A stretch of 64,000 nucleotides of DNA. Source: an uncultured delta proteobacterium (lineage in GTDB: Bacteria; Desulfobacterota; Binatia; JACPRU01). A program made the translations under genes and the position numbers. The notes under the pieces are model-generated. The model was not told the DNA's origin and ran no database searches. It saw only the letters and a program-made list of their open reading frames with translations. The DNA is taken from positions 448,001 through 512,000 of the forward strand of contig CAVUWD010000016.1 in assembly GCA_963745025.1 (NCBI GenBank), in the 5' to 3' direction. Shown in pieces: positions 52,909-62,407 of the stretch; the stretch's first letter is position 1; the number at the start of each line of letters is the position of its first letter.

Positions 52909-53154
52909 ATGCCGGAAACAATTCTGAATCTTTATGAGGCAAAGTCGTCTCTGTCGCGGCTCGTCGATCGTGCCGCCGCGGGAGAAGAGATCATCATCGC
53001 CAAGGCGGGGAAGCCGATGGCAAAGTTGGTCGCCGTTTCGCGGCGGGCACGCCGCCGCAAGCCGGGCGGTTGGAAGGGACGGGTCGTCATCGCCAAGAAC
53101 TTCGACGCGCCGCTGCCCGCGGCGATCCGCGCGGCGTTCGCAGGCCGACGGTGA
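52909..53154 (+). CDS. Phd/YefM antitoxin
   Basis: NLYEAKSSLSRLVDRAAAGEEIIIAKAGKPMAKLV..NFDAPLP. Confidence 0.93.
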   Translation: MPETILNLYEAKSSLSRLVDRAAAGEEIIIAKAGKPMAKLVAVSRRARRRKPGGWKGRVVIAKNFDAPLPAAIRAAFAGRR

Positions 53155-53162
53155 GCGTGGCG

Positions 53163-53537
53163 ATGCGGTTGTTGCTGGACACCCATGTGTTCCTCTGGTG
53201 GCGGGATGACAGCCGCAGGCTGAAAACAAGCGCGCGGCGTGCCATCGCCGAAGCGCAGATCGTGTTCGTCAGCGCCGCCACCGCATGGGAAGCCGCCATC
53301 AAGGCCGCCCTCGGACGGCTGCAAATTCCGGATACCGTCGAGGCGGGCGTGATCGACAGTGGCTTTGAGAAGCTGCCGATCGGCTTCTCCCACGCCGAGT
53401 CGGCGGCCCGCTTGCTACCGCACCACGCGGATCCGTTCGATCGGATGCTGGTCGCGCAGGCGAAGGCGGAAGGGTTGACGCTGGTGACCCACGATCGGCG
53501 GCTCGCACCATACGAGATCGAGATCTTGTGGACCTGA
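53163..53537 (+). CDS. VapC/PIN toxin
   Basis: MRLLLDTHVFLW, SAATAWE, HHADPFDRMLVAQA and VTHD motifs. Confidence 0.93.
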   Translation: MRLLLDTHVFLWWRDDSRRLKTSARRAIAEAQIVFVSAATAWEAAIKAALGRLQIPDTVEAGVIDSGFEKLPIGFSHAESAARLLPHHADPFDRMLVAQAKAEGLTLVTHDRRLAPYEIEILWT

Positions 53538-53591
53538 CACGCACGGAGTTCCTCAACCTGCTCTAAGGGTAGGCGCCGGATCGACCGCGAT

Positions 53592-54449
53592 ATGCGCGGC
53601 TCTGCATGTGGCCGAGAAAATCGCAGTGACTCCAGGTTCTGCCTGGGCTGTGGAGTTACACTGGCTCCCACGTGCCCGCATTGCAGCCGCGAGGTCCCGA
53701 GCGATGCTGCGTTCTGCGATGGCTGCGGGCTACCCGGAGAGGGCCGGCCTCCCGGCAATCGGTGGATAGGGCCGAAGACGGTTTGGCTGGAACTGCCCTT
53801 TCCCCAATGATCACCCCGCAACTACACACCCAAGCACGGCGCGCCGATCGCGCATGAGGATCATGCGCAGCGGGCTTGCTACGCGGCGCTCTCGCTGCGC
53901 GATCGCCTGCGCGTATGGGCCGAGACCTACGATCGCGAGATCACGGACGTGTTTGCCCTCCAGGACGAGATCAGCGCGACCATAGCGGCGTCGCTGGTGG
54001 GCGACCTCACGCGGGCGGAGGGGGAGCGCGCGCGACAGAAGGGCACCGAGAACCTCGAGGCGTGGAGCCTCTACCAGCTCGGCTTGCAGCGTGCCGACCG
54101 CATGACGCCTGCCGACATGGCCGAGGCACGTCGGCTCTTCGAACGAGCGGTCGCGCTCGACCCGCGCTTCGCGACCGCGCTGGCACAGCTGGCTTTTGCA
54201 GATCTCTGGGAAGTGGTGTTCGGCTCGGGCGATGCCCCCGAAAAGAAAGTGGCCGATGCGCTCGGGAACGCCCGGCGAGCGGTCGAGCTCGACTGGCGAG
54301 ATCCCATCGCCCAGGCCGCGCTCAGCTGGGCCCAGCTCTCCGGAGGCGATCTCCGGAACGGGTTCGACTCGGCGCGGCGCGCCGTGGAGTTGAACCCGAG
54401 CATCGGTTGGCTCACTGCTGACAATCTGCCGTCAGGGCTTGGCTCCTAA
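53592..54449 (+). pseudogene. Chimeric scrap: zinc ribbon plus STAND-cyclase pieces plus TolB-like/TPR segment
   Basis: FCLGCG..CPHC..FCDGCG; NYTPKH|GAPIAHEDHAQRACYAAL|VWAETYDREITDVFALQDEIS..TPR. Confidence 0.8.
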
Positions 54450-54562
54450 TGATCTAGCGCTCAGACGCTCGTGCACATCGCCTCCAGCCGGCTTCGTCGA
54501 CGACGCGAACGATTCTCGCACGGAGCGGTGGGTGAGAGTATGATCGGGAAGGCGCGAGGACA

Positions 54563-54958
54563 ATGGCTCAGTACGAGATCGAGGTGATCTTGCTCCGGCA
54601 GCTCGCGAGCTACCTCGCGATGCCCATCTTCATCGTCGATCCGCGCGGTACCCTCGTTTTCTACAACGAGCCGGCGGAGATCATTCTCGGCAAGCGGTTC
54701 GAAGAGACGGGCGAGATGAGCCCCGAGGAATGGTCGACGGCCTTCCGGCCTACAGACGAACAGGGCCGCCCGTTGGAGCCGGAGGCGATGCCGCTGATGA
54801 TCGCTTTCAACGACCGCCGTCCCACGCACGGGAGCCTCTGGATCCAGGGCTTCGACGGCGTTCGCCGCCACATCGAAGCGACGGCGTTTCCGCTCGTCGG
54901 CCAGTCGGATCGATTCCTCGGGGCGGTCGTCCTCTTCTGGCTGAAGGCGGCTCCATGA
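54563..54958 (+). CDS. Stand-alone PAS domain protein
   Basis: PIFIVDPRGTLVFYNEPAEIILG. Confidence 0.85.
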   Translation: MAQYEIEVILLRQLASYLAMPIFIVDPRGTLVFYNEPAEIILGKRFEETGEMSPEEWSTAFRPTDEQGRPLEPEAMPLMIAFNDRRPTHGSLWIQGFDGVRRHIEATAFPLVGQSDRFLGAVVLFWLKAAP

Positions 54959-55794
54959 ACGTTCGCTTTTGGGGAACGCGCGGATCGCTGGCGTCGCCGG
55001 GTGCGGAAACAGCGAGATACGGCGGCAACACCGCGTGTGTGGAAGTGCGCGGTCGCGATGGCACGCTCCTCGTCCTCGACGCCGGAACCGGCATTCGCCG
55101 CCTCGGAGCTACGCTGCCGAAGACACTCGTTCGCGTGAACGTCCTTCTCACCCATCTGCACATGGACCACATTCAAGGCCTCGGCTTCTTCGCGCCGCTT
55201 CACGATCCAAAGATGGAGATCCACATTTGGGGGCCGGCGAGCACTACGCTCACGCTTGCGGAGCGGCTCAAGCGATACCTATCGCCGCCGCTTTTTCCCG
55301 TGCGCTTGAGGGACCTTGCCTGCCGGTTGCGACTTCACGAAGTGCCTTGCAGCGAAGTCGAGATCGGAGAATTTCGCATTGCCTCCATGCTCGTTTGCCA
55401 TCCCGGGCCAACGGTCGGATATCGAATCGCGAGTCGCGACGGAGTGGTCGCATATCTACCGGACCACGAGCCGGCGCTCGGCGCGCCGAACTTTCCGATC
55501 GCCGCCGAGTGGACGTCGGGTTACGAGCTCGCGGCGGGAGCCGATCTCCTCATCCACGACGCTCAGTACAGCGCCGAGGAGTACGGCGATCACGTCGGCT
55601 GGGGGCACAGCGCCTTCGAGGACGTCGTCCGCTTCGCAGAACTCGCCGGAGCGAGGCGCCTCGTCCCATTTCACCACGACCCGGCGCACACCGACGCCGA
55701 TCTTGACCGTATGCTCTCGAGCCGTGGGGGCGCGACGTCGTCGCTCGAGATCACGCCGGCAACGGAGGGGGCGTCGCTCGAGCTCGAGTCGTGA
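54955..55794 (+). CDS. MBL-fold metallohydrolase (cyclic-nucleotide phosphodiesterase-like)
   Basis: FWGTRGS..YGGNT.CVEV, THLHMDHIQG, GWGHS and FHHDP motifs. Confidence 0.9.
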   Translation: MNVRFWGTRGSLASPGAETARYGGNTACVEVRGRDGTLLVLDAGTGIRRLGATLPKTLVRVNVLLTHLHMDHIQGLGFFAPLHDPKMEIHIWGPASTTLTLAERLKRYLSPPLFPVRLRDLACRLRLHEVPCSEVEIGEFRIASMLVCHPGPTVGYRIASRDGVVAYLPDHEPALGAPNFPIAAEWTSGYELAAGADLLIHDAQYSAEEYGDHVGWGHSAFEDVVRFAELAGARRLVPFHHDPAHTDADLDRMLSSRGGATSSLEITPATEGASLELES

Positions 55795-56077
55795 CCGGCC
55801 TCGAATTACCTTCCGGCGCTCATGCGGTCACGGATGAAGCGCTGTGCGTCGGGCGAGAGGTTTCGACACGAGTCGATTGTCTGCCGCCGATCCGCGAAAT
55901 CAGCATTGACGAGCTGGCTGCTTGACGTCGACCTGCCGAACGGCCTTCTGCCGCCCCTACGCAAGCGGGCGATCGTTGGCGAGACCGTGATCGATGCCCC
56001 AGGCCTCGGAAGCTAGTCCACACAACCCTGTCGAGACTCGCTTTCCTGCTAGCCGACGCTGATATAGCAGAAATGCC

Positions 56078-57157
56078 ATGACGCGAGCCATCGAGGATCG
56101 CAACAAGGCCGTCGCGCTCGCGCAGCAGGTCGGGGTCGACTTCGGCGCCGCAATGACCGTGGCGCTCGCCTACATCGGCGATCGACTGGGAATCTTCAAG
56201 GCGATGGCCGGGGGCGCGTCGATGACCAGCTTGGAGATCGCGCAGCGCACGCGCCTCGATGAACGATACGTGCGCGAGTGGGCATCGACGATGGCCGCTG
56301 CCGGATATCTCGACTACAGCTCCACCGACGCCACCTTTCGGGTGAACGCCGAGCAGGCGATGGTGCTCGCCGATGAGGACAACACCTTCTTCACGGGCGG
56401 CGCCTTCCAATACGCTGTCACCTGCTACCGGCAGATTCCGAAATTGATGGAAGCGTTCCGCCACGGCGGCGGTGTTCCATTTGCAGACTTCGGTCCCGAG
56501 ATCGTGGAAGCGATCGCGCGGCTCTTTCGGGTGGGCTACGAGACCTGGGTAGCGGGGCAATGGATTCCGGCGGTTCCTGACGTTCACGAACGGCTTACGA
56601 GGGGAGGGGAGGTCGCCGAGATCGGCTGCGGAACGGGTCAATGCATCATTCCCGTCGCCTCGGCGTACGCAAATTCCCGGTTCTTCGGTTGTGACCTCGA
56701 CCTCCACTCGATCGAGCAGGCCCGGGACAAGGCCGTTCGAGCTGGAATCGCGGACCGGATCTCATTCGAGCAGATTGCGGCGGAAGATCTTCCGTTCGTC
56801 GATCGTTTCGACCTCGTGATGGCCTTCAACTGCATCCACGACATGGCGCGCCCACGAGCCGCGCTGGCCGCCATACGCCGCGTACTCAAGCCGGGTGGTG
56901 CCCTGCTGTGGTCCGAAGCGGACGCGTCGGACCACCTCGAAGAGAACCTGAACCCCGTGGGACGTATGCTCTACGGCGCGAGCACGATGCATTGCATGAC
57001 CGTGTCGCTGGCCGACGACGGCGAGGGCCTCGGCGTGGTGGTCGGGGAGAACAAGGCTCGGAGCATGGCCCTGGAGGCCGGATTCGCCAGTTTCGAGAGG
57101 CTCGAGATCAAGAATCCGTATCACCAGATCTTCCTCGCTCGCCGATCGCTTCTCTAA
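56078..57157 (+). CDS. HTH plus class I SAM-dependent methyltransferase
   Basis: IGDRLGIF..ERYVREW; EIGCGTG; FNCIHDM. Confidence 0.9.
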   Translation: MTRAIEDRNKAVALAQQVGVDFGAAMTVALAYIGDRLGIFKAMAGGASMTSLEIAQRTRLDERYVREWASTMAAAGYLDYSSTDATFRVNAEQAMVLADEDNTFFTGGAFQYAVTCYRQIPKLMEAFRHGGGVPFADFGPEIVEAIARLFRVGYETWVAGQWIPAVPDVHERLTRGGEVAEIGCGTGQCIIPVASAYANSRFFGCDLDLHSIEQARDKAVRAGIADRISFEQIAAEDLPFVDRFDLVMAFNCIHDMARPRAALAAIRRVLKPGGALLWSEADASDHLEENLNPVGRMLYGASTMHCMTVSLADDGEGLGVVVGENKARSMALEAGFASFERLEIKNPYHQIFLARRSLL

Positions 57158-57273
57158 CGACCCGCGGGAACGGTGCACGCGTCGTCCCGACCGGCCCACG
57201 AGCCATGTAGCAACCGCCCATGAAAGGCGACTGTCACAAGCGTTGCGTGGTCAAGCGGGTGCAGCCGAACGAG

Positions 57274-57573
57274 CTAGCGACGAGAGCCGCCGGCGACCAG
57301 CTTTCGTCGCGCTTGGCCAGAGTGCCGTCGCTGGAGCCACTGTAGGATGTCGGTGCGAGGCAGGAACGGACCGCGGCAACGAATCGCTTCGCGGTAGACG
57401 ATGTCGGCCTCGATGAGCTCTTCGATATAACGCTGCAGCGGGTAGGTGCCGCCGTTCGTTTCCATGTTGTGCAGCACCAACTTCAGACGATCGAGCCAGG
57501 CGCCTTCGAGAGTGACCTCAACCCGCAGCGGTCGGCCCACGGTGGTCACGCGCGCCTGAATCTCCTTCGCCAT
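57274..57573 (-). CDS. Hypothetical protein
   Basis: ~99 aa ORF divergent from dgt; no recognised motif. Confidence 0.55.
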   Translation of the reverse strand: MAKEIQARVTTVGRPLRVEVTLEGAWLDRLKLVLHNMETNGGTYPLQRYIEELIEADIVYREAIRCRGPFLPRTDILQWLQRRHSGQARRKLVAGGSRR

Positions 57574-57680
57574 CAGCCTCGACTCATATCCCAACGAGCG
57601 GGGTCCCCACAAGAGAAGTTCTGGTGAAGGCCGCGCGCGGACGGAATTTTGGGTCCGCTTCTGGTATACGGAGCAGTGGT

Positions 57681-58835
57681 ATGCTGACGCGCGAGGAGTT
57701 CGCAGCGCTCGAGGACCAGCGGCTCGCTGGCTATGCGATGCGCAACCGGCACACGCGCGGACGCGTGCATGCCGAGCCGGAGCATCCGTTTCGTCTGCCG
57801 TTCCAGCGGGATCGAGATCGCATCATCCATTGCTCGGCGTTTCGCCGCCTCGAGTACAAGACGCAGGTCTTCGTGAACCACGAAGGCGACTACTACCGCA
57901 CGCGCCTCACCCACACGATGGAGGCGGCGCAGATCACGCGCACGATCGCCCGCGCCCTTCGCTTGAACGAAGACCTCGCCGAGGCGATCGCCCTGGCGCA
58001 CGATCTCGGGCACACGCCCTTCGGCCATGCCGGCGAGCGGATTCTCGACCGGCTGATGCAGCCGCACGGCGGCTTCGAGCACAACGCCCAGAGCCTGCGT
58101 ATCGTCGACGTGCTCGAGGAGCGCTACCCTCGGTTTGCCGGCCTGAATCTCTCGTGGGAGGTGAGGGAAGGGATCGTCAAGCACTCCACGCGCTACGACC
58201 GCCCTCAGGTCGTCGAGTTCGACGCCAACAAGGCGCCGACGCTCGAAGCGCAGATCGTCGATTACGCCGACGAGATCGCCTACAACGCGCACGACATCGA
58301 CGACGGGTTGAAGTCCGAGATGTTGACGCTCGACGATCTGGAAGGCGCGGCGATCTGGCGCGAGCATCATCGGGACGTGTGCAACGCCTATCCATCCGCC
58401 GATCGATCGATCGTGCGTTACCAGACCACGCGGCGGATCATCGACGCCTTCGTCGCGGATCTCATCGAGACCACCGAGCGGCGTCTCCACGAGCGCGGCG
58501 TGGAGCGCACCGAGGAGGTCTGGGCGATCAAGCCGAAGCTCGTCGACTTCAGCGCCGCGATGGCCGAGAAGGTGAGCGAGCTGAAGGGGCTGCTCTTCGA
58601 GAGGCTCTACAGTCACTATCGCGTCAAGCGAATGGCGGTGAAGGCCGACCGCATCATGAGCGATCTCTTCCAGACGTACATGAGCGAGCCTCGGCAGATG
58701 CCGCCGCACGTCCACGGGAAGATCGTCGGCGGCGAGCCGACTGCTCGCGTGGTCGCGGACTACATCGCCGGCATGACCGATCGCTTCGCTCTCGACGAGT
58801 TCAAGAAGCTCTTCGACCCGTACGAGAAGGTATAG
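57681..58835 (+). CDS. dgt: dNTP triphosphohydrolase (dGTPase)
   Basis: FRRLEYKTQVF, RTRLTH, AHDLGHTPFGH, YNAHDIDD and DYIAGMTD motifs. Confidence 0.95.
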   Translation: MLTREEFAALEDQRLAGYAMRNRHTRGRVHAEPEHPFRLPFQRDRDRIIHCSAFRRLEYKTQVFVNHEGDYYRTRLTHTMEAAQITRTIARALRLNEDLAEAIALAHDLGHTPFGHAGERILDRLMQPHGGFEHNAQSLRIVDVLEERYPRFAGLNLSWEVREGIVKHSTRYDRPQVVEFDANKAPTLEAQIVDYADEIAYNAHDIDDGLKSEMLTLDDLEGAAIWREHHRDVCNAYPSADRSIVRYQTTRRIIDAFVADLIETTERRLHERGVERTEEVWAIKPKLVDFSAAMAEKVSELKGLLFERLYSHYRVKRMAVKADRIMSDLFQTYMSEPRQMPPHVHGKIVGGEPTARVVADYIAGMTDRFALDEFKKLFDPYEKV

Positions 58836-58864
58836 CGCCGGTCTTCCGGCTCCCGGGAACGTCG

Positions 58865-59473
58865 ATGCCACGCCCGCAACACGTTCTGATCCTCCGCCGC
58901 GGCGATCACAAGCGCGACGCGCTCGGCGCCGTGTTTCTCGGCGCCGTCGCCGACGAGCGAGAGATCCGGCTCTACGTCGAGCGCTACCTCGGGCCGCCGT
59001 TCCTGGTGCGTTCGGTCGAGATGGAAGGCCCGGCACTGCGGGTCGTGGTCGAATGCTCTCGCTTTCAGATGGAGAGCCACAACCTCACGCGCCTCGCCAA
59101 GTCGCTCGCCGATCGCGGCCGACAGCGAGCCGCCGCGGACAGCTTCGCCGAGGCCCTGAAGCTCGATCCCTTGAACGCCGAAGCCCTGAAGGGCCGGGCG
59201 GCGCTCCACGCGCTCGCCGGCGAGCTGACCGACGCCGAGGACAAGTGGATCCGCTCCGGGGAGATCCGCGGCTACGACGGCGAGATCCTGCGCGGTCTGG
59301 CCGACATCGCGCTGCGCGAAGACCGCCGCCCGACGGCAATGCAGTACCTGGAAGAGGCGCTCATCGTGCATCCCGACGACGCCGAGGCGCGCGCCATGCT
59401 CGACGAGCTCAACCGTCAGGCCGAACTACGGTTCAACGCCGAAGCCCCTCGGGATCCCGCCCGGAAAGATTGA
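58865..59473 (+). CDS. TPR-containing protein
   Basis: FAEALKLDPLNAEAL and LEEALIVHPDDAEA repeats. Confidence 0.75.
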   Translation: MPRPQHVLILRRGDHKRDALGAVFLGAVADEREIRLYVERYLGPPFLVRSVEMEGPALRVVVECSRFQMESHNLTRLAKSLADRGRQRAAADSFAEALKLDPLNAEALKGRAALHALAGELTDAEDKWIRSGEIRGYDGEILRGLADIALREDRRPTAMQYLEEALIVHPDDAEARAMLDELNRQAELRFNAEAPRDPARKD

Positions 59474-59607
59474 ATCTCCCCGGACAGCCTACTCGAGTAG
59501 GCGCTTGCCATCGCGTGTTGAGCCTCGCGCGCGAGTCGCCCGCACCGACGACCAATCATGTGATGTCAAGTAAGCCCGGGCCCAGCCGGGAGCGAGGGCT
59601 CCCGTTT

Positions 59608-59635
59608 AGTTTACATAATATATCTTATCGGACGT
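59608..59635 (-). other. dif site (XerC/XerD chromosome dimer resolution)
   Basis: Minus strand ACGTCCGATAA-GATATA-TTATGTAAACT has the 11-6-11 layout with a conserved XerD arm; intergenic between convergent genes. Confidence 0.88.
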
Positions 59636-59670
59636 ACGATCCCAGGGGTGATTTCGAGCCGACGAACGCG

Positions 59671-60333
59671 CTACTGCTTGGCCGGCGCCTTCGCCCGAGT
59701 CGCGATCATCGCTTCGACGTAGTCACGGGTCTCGGGGCTGAGCTCGCCGATCGCCTGCATCCCCGCGTCCACGGCCTCGACGAACTGCTGCTCGGTGCTG
59801 AGGCGCGCGAACCACGCGACGCCCCGTAGCGGACCGTCCGCTGTGGCGGCGGCACCGAGCTCGGTGGCGGCGCCCGTCTTGTCGCCCGCCTTGATCTTGA
59901 GAAGGCCCAAATTGTAATGCGCGATCTGACGCAGGAGATCGTCGGAACCCTGCTGCAGCACCCGCTGAAAGGCATCCTCGGCTTCCCTCGTCTTGCCGAG
60001 CTCTGCGTACGTGTTGCCGAGATAGACGAGCGCGAGCCGACCATGGGACGTCCGAGGCCAGTCGCTGGTGACGCGACGGAATCCCTGAGCGGCCGCATCG
60101 AGCTTCTGCGCCGTGAAGTCGCGTCGTGCCGCTCCGAACGCGGCCTCCGCGTGGCTTTCCTCCCACGAGCGGTACTCGCGCACCCCCAGCGCGAGGGCAA
60201 CCACGGCAACGAGGCCGAGGGCGGCTAGCGTCACTTGCCGCTCGTGCTGCCGCGCGTACGCGAGAAACCGCCGGCTGAGCGTGAGGAACTCGTCAGGCTC
60301 CTTGAGCTGCCGGCGCTGGATACCCTTGGCCAT
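59671..60333 (-). CDS. YfgM-like membrane-anchored TPR protein
   Basis: RRQLKEPDEF, a single TM helix, then TPRs. Confidence 0.75.
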   Translation of the reverse strand: MAKGIQRRQLKEPDEFLTLSRRFLAYARQHERQVTLAALGLVAVVALALGVREYRSWEESHAEAAFGAARRDFTAQKLDAAAQGFRRVTSDWPRTSHGRLALVYLGNTYAELGKTREAEDAFQRVLQQGSDDLLRQIAHYNLGLLKIKAGDKTGAATELGAAATADGPLRGVAWFARLSTEQQFVEAVDAGMQAIGELSPETRDYVEAMIATRAKAPAKQ

Positions 60334-60374
60334 GAATTGGGCGGCGGCGGATGAGGAGCCGCCGGTGCGCGACT

Positions 60375-60890
60375 TCACATCTTGTACTTGAAATCGTCGG
60401 GAGCCATCTTCTCGAGGATCTCGGCCCATTTGTCCCGCGACACGTTCGAGAGGTTCTGGTCCTTGTCGTCCTCCATCTGCTGGAGCACGCTGGAGCTCTC
60501 GAGCACCTTCTTCGCGACGTAGATCGGGCTCTTGGTGCGAAGCGCGAGGGAGATCGCGTCACTCGGCCGACAATCGATCGCCAGCCGTCGCCCGTTGACC
60601 TCGAGGTGAACGAGCGCGAAGTAGGTGTTGTCGCGGAGATCGGTCACCTCGATGGCCTCGACCGCGGCGCCGAGCTCGCCGAGGACGTTGCGCAGAAGAT
60701 CGTGTGTCATCGGTCGCGCCATCTTGATGCCCTCGAGCTCGGTCGCCATCGCAGTCGCTTCGAGAAGACCGATCCAGATCGGCAGGTTCAGCTTGTTCTC
60801 GGAGTCCTTGAGGATCACGATCGGGGTCTTCGTCACGGGGTCGAGCGTGAGTCCGCCGACCGTCATGAGAATGAACTGTTCGCGCCCCAT
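60375..60890 (-). CDS. Bifunctional nuclease (DUF151)
   Basis: LPIWIG..EA..RPMTHDL..IDCRPSDAI.LALR. Confidence 0.92.
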   Translation of the reverse strand: MGREQFILMTVGGLTLDPVTKTPIVILKDSENKLNLPIWIGLLEATAMATELEGIKMARPMTHDLLRNVLGELGAAVEAIEVTDLRDNTYFALVHLEVNGRRLAIDCRPSDAISLALRTKSPIYVAKKVLESSSVLQQMEDDKDQNLSNVSRDKWAEILEKMAPDDFKYKM

Positions 60891-60973
60891 GAAAGGACTC
60901 CCTCCTCGATTCGCTTCATTCTACGGAAGGTCGCTGCATTTGCAATCGCGATCTCGGATCCGACGTTCGCGCG

Positions 60974-62386
60974 CTACTGCGCGACGAGCCGGTCGATTAC
61001 GCGGTAGAGCTGATTCAGATTGCGACACTCTTCGACGACGTCGCAGTACGGTCGGTAGCGCTCCATCTCGCTGTCGCCGAATCCCCACGTCATCTTGCTT
61101 TCCGGGTTCAGCCAGATGAGCTGCTTGGCCCGCAAACGAATGTCGCGCAGCGTCCACTCGTTCGGCAGATTGTAGTTGTTGCGCGCATCGCCGAGCACGA
61201 TGACGGTCGTACGCTTGTTGACGGCCGTGATGTAATCCCGGTGGAACATCCTGAACGCCCGTCCAAAATCGGAGTGCGCGAACACGTTGATGATGTCGCT
61301 GCGGAGCGCGAGTTCGATCGCGTCGTGAATGTCGTTCTCCTCGAAGAGCCGCGTGATCTCGCCGGTGTCGGCGACGAAGATGAAGCTCCGCACCCGCGAG
61401 TAGAGATCCTGCAGGCTGTACACGAACTGAAGCATGAAGCGCGAGACGTTGCGGACCGAATCCGAGACGTCGCAGAGAATCACGATCTGCGGCTTGTCCT
61501 TGCGCTTGTCGTCGAATTGGATGCGGAACGGCACGCCGCCGTACTGGAGGTTCTTGCGAAAGGTGTCCTTGACGTCAAACTTGCCCCGCTTGGCGCGCTT
61601 GCGCTTGATCGCGATGACGTTCTTCAAGCGCTGGGCGAGCTTCGTCACCGCTTCCTTCATGCGCCGAATCTCGTCTTCGCTCAGATAGAAAAAGCTCTTC
61701 TCGCTGAGGGCTTCCAGGCGCTGGCTCTCGCGGCGCGTCACATCGCGCTTTTCCAGCTCCTGACGGACCACCTGCTTCATTAGCTGGGCGAGGTCGCGCA
61801 GCCGACTCTCCAGGTAGCGCTGCAACCGCTCCGCCGTTTCCGGATCGAGACCGAGCGCGCCTAACCGATCGCGAAATTCCTCGATCTGGCGCAGCACGTC
61901 GGCGAGGCCGAAGGCGCTCGCCATGCCATGGGTGAACTGACCTTCCTGGGATGGGCGCTCGAACTCCCCCGCCCTCGCCTGCTCCAGCGCCTCGCGAACT
62001 CGTTGTTCGATGCGTGCATTGTCGTTCCGCAGCCACTCTTTGGCGAGCTCCGAGAGATCCTTGCCCTGCTCCGCGAGTAGCTTCTCGAGCTTCTCGAGGA
62101 GTCGTTGGAACTCTGCCGGATCGAGTCCCGTCGCCTCCTGCGAACGCTCCTCGGCTGCTTTGAGTAGCTGCTGAACGCCGCTGAAGTAGAGATCGAAGAG
62201 CTCGTCGAACACGGGAACGTCGACCGCGCGTTTGACCATCGTGGCGCGGAGCCCGCTCTTCAACGCCTCTCGGCTACGAAGACCAAGCACGCGCACGGCA
62301 GCGAACGAATCGATATCTTCCGCGACCGATACCCGCACGCCATTCTGGCGAAGCAGGTTCGAGAACTCGATCAGCCTTTCGTCCAC
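60974..62386 (-). CDS. VWA domain CoxE-like protein
   Basis: LCDVSDSV MIDAS-like motif, LGDARNNY and WLNPE..WG.GDS. Confidence 0.9.
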   Translation of the reverse strand: MDERLIEFSNLLRQNGVRVSVAEDIDSFAAVRVLGLRSREALKSGLRATMVKRAVDVPVFDELFDLYFSGVQQLLKAAEERSQEATGLDPAEFQRLLEKLEKLLAEQGKDLSELAKEWLRNDNARIEQRVREALEQARAGEFERPSQEGQFTHGMASAFGLADVLRQIEEFRDRLGALGLDPETAERLQRYLESRLRDLAQLMKQVVRQELEKRDVTRRESQRLEALSEKSFFYLSEDEIRRMKEAVTKLAQRLKNVIAIKRKRAKRGKFDVKDTFRKNLQYGGVPFRIQFDDKRKDKPQIVILCDVSDSVRNVSRFMLQFVYSLQDLYSRVRSFIFVADTGEITRLFEENDIHDAIELALRSDIINVFAHSDFGRAFRMFHRDYITAVNKRTTVIVLGDARNNYNLPNEWTLRDIRLRAKQLIWLNPESKMTWGFGDSEMERYRPYCDVVEECRNLNQLYRVIDRLVAQ

Positions 62387-62407
62387 GCGGATCTCCCGCG
62401 CTCGATC

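Noticed and set aside
55800-56050. Possible gene scrap (LLDVDLPNG, receiver-like); similar short scraps at 2600-2950, 19640-20000 and 28420-28700
   Set aside because: Too short and degenerate to assign without a search.
57681-58835. dGTPase as an antiphage nucleotide-depletion system
   Set aside because: Short housekeeping-type dgt among core genes with host-like codon usage.
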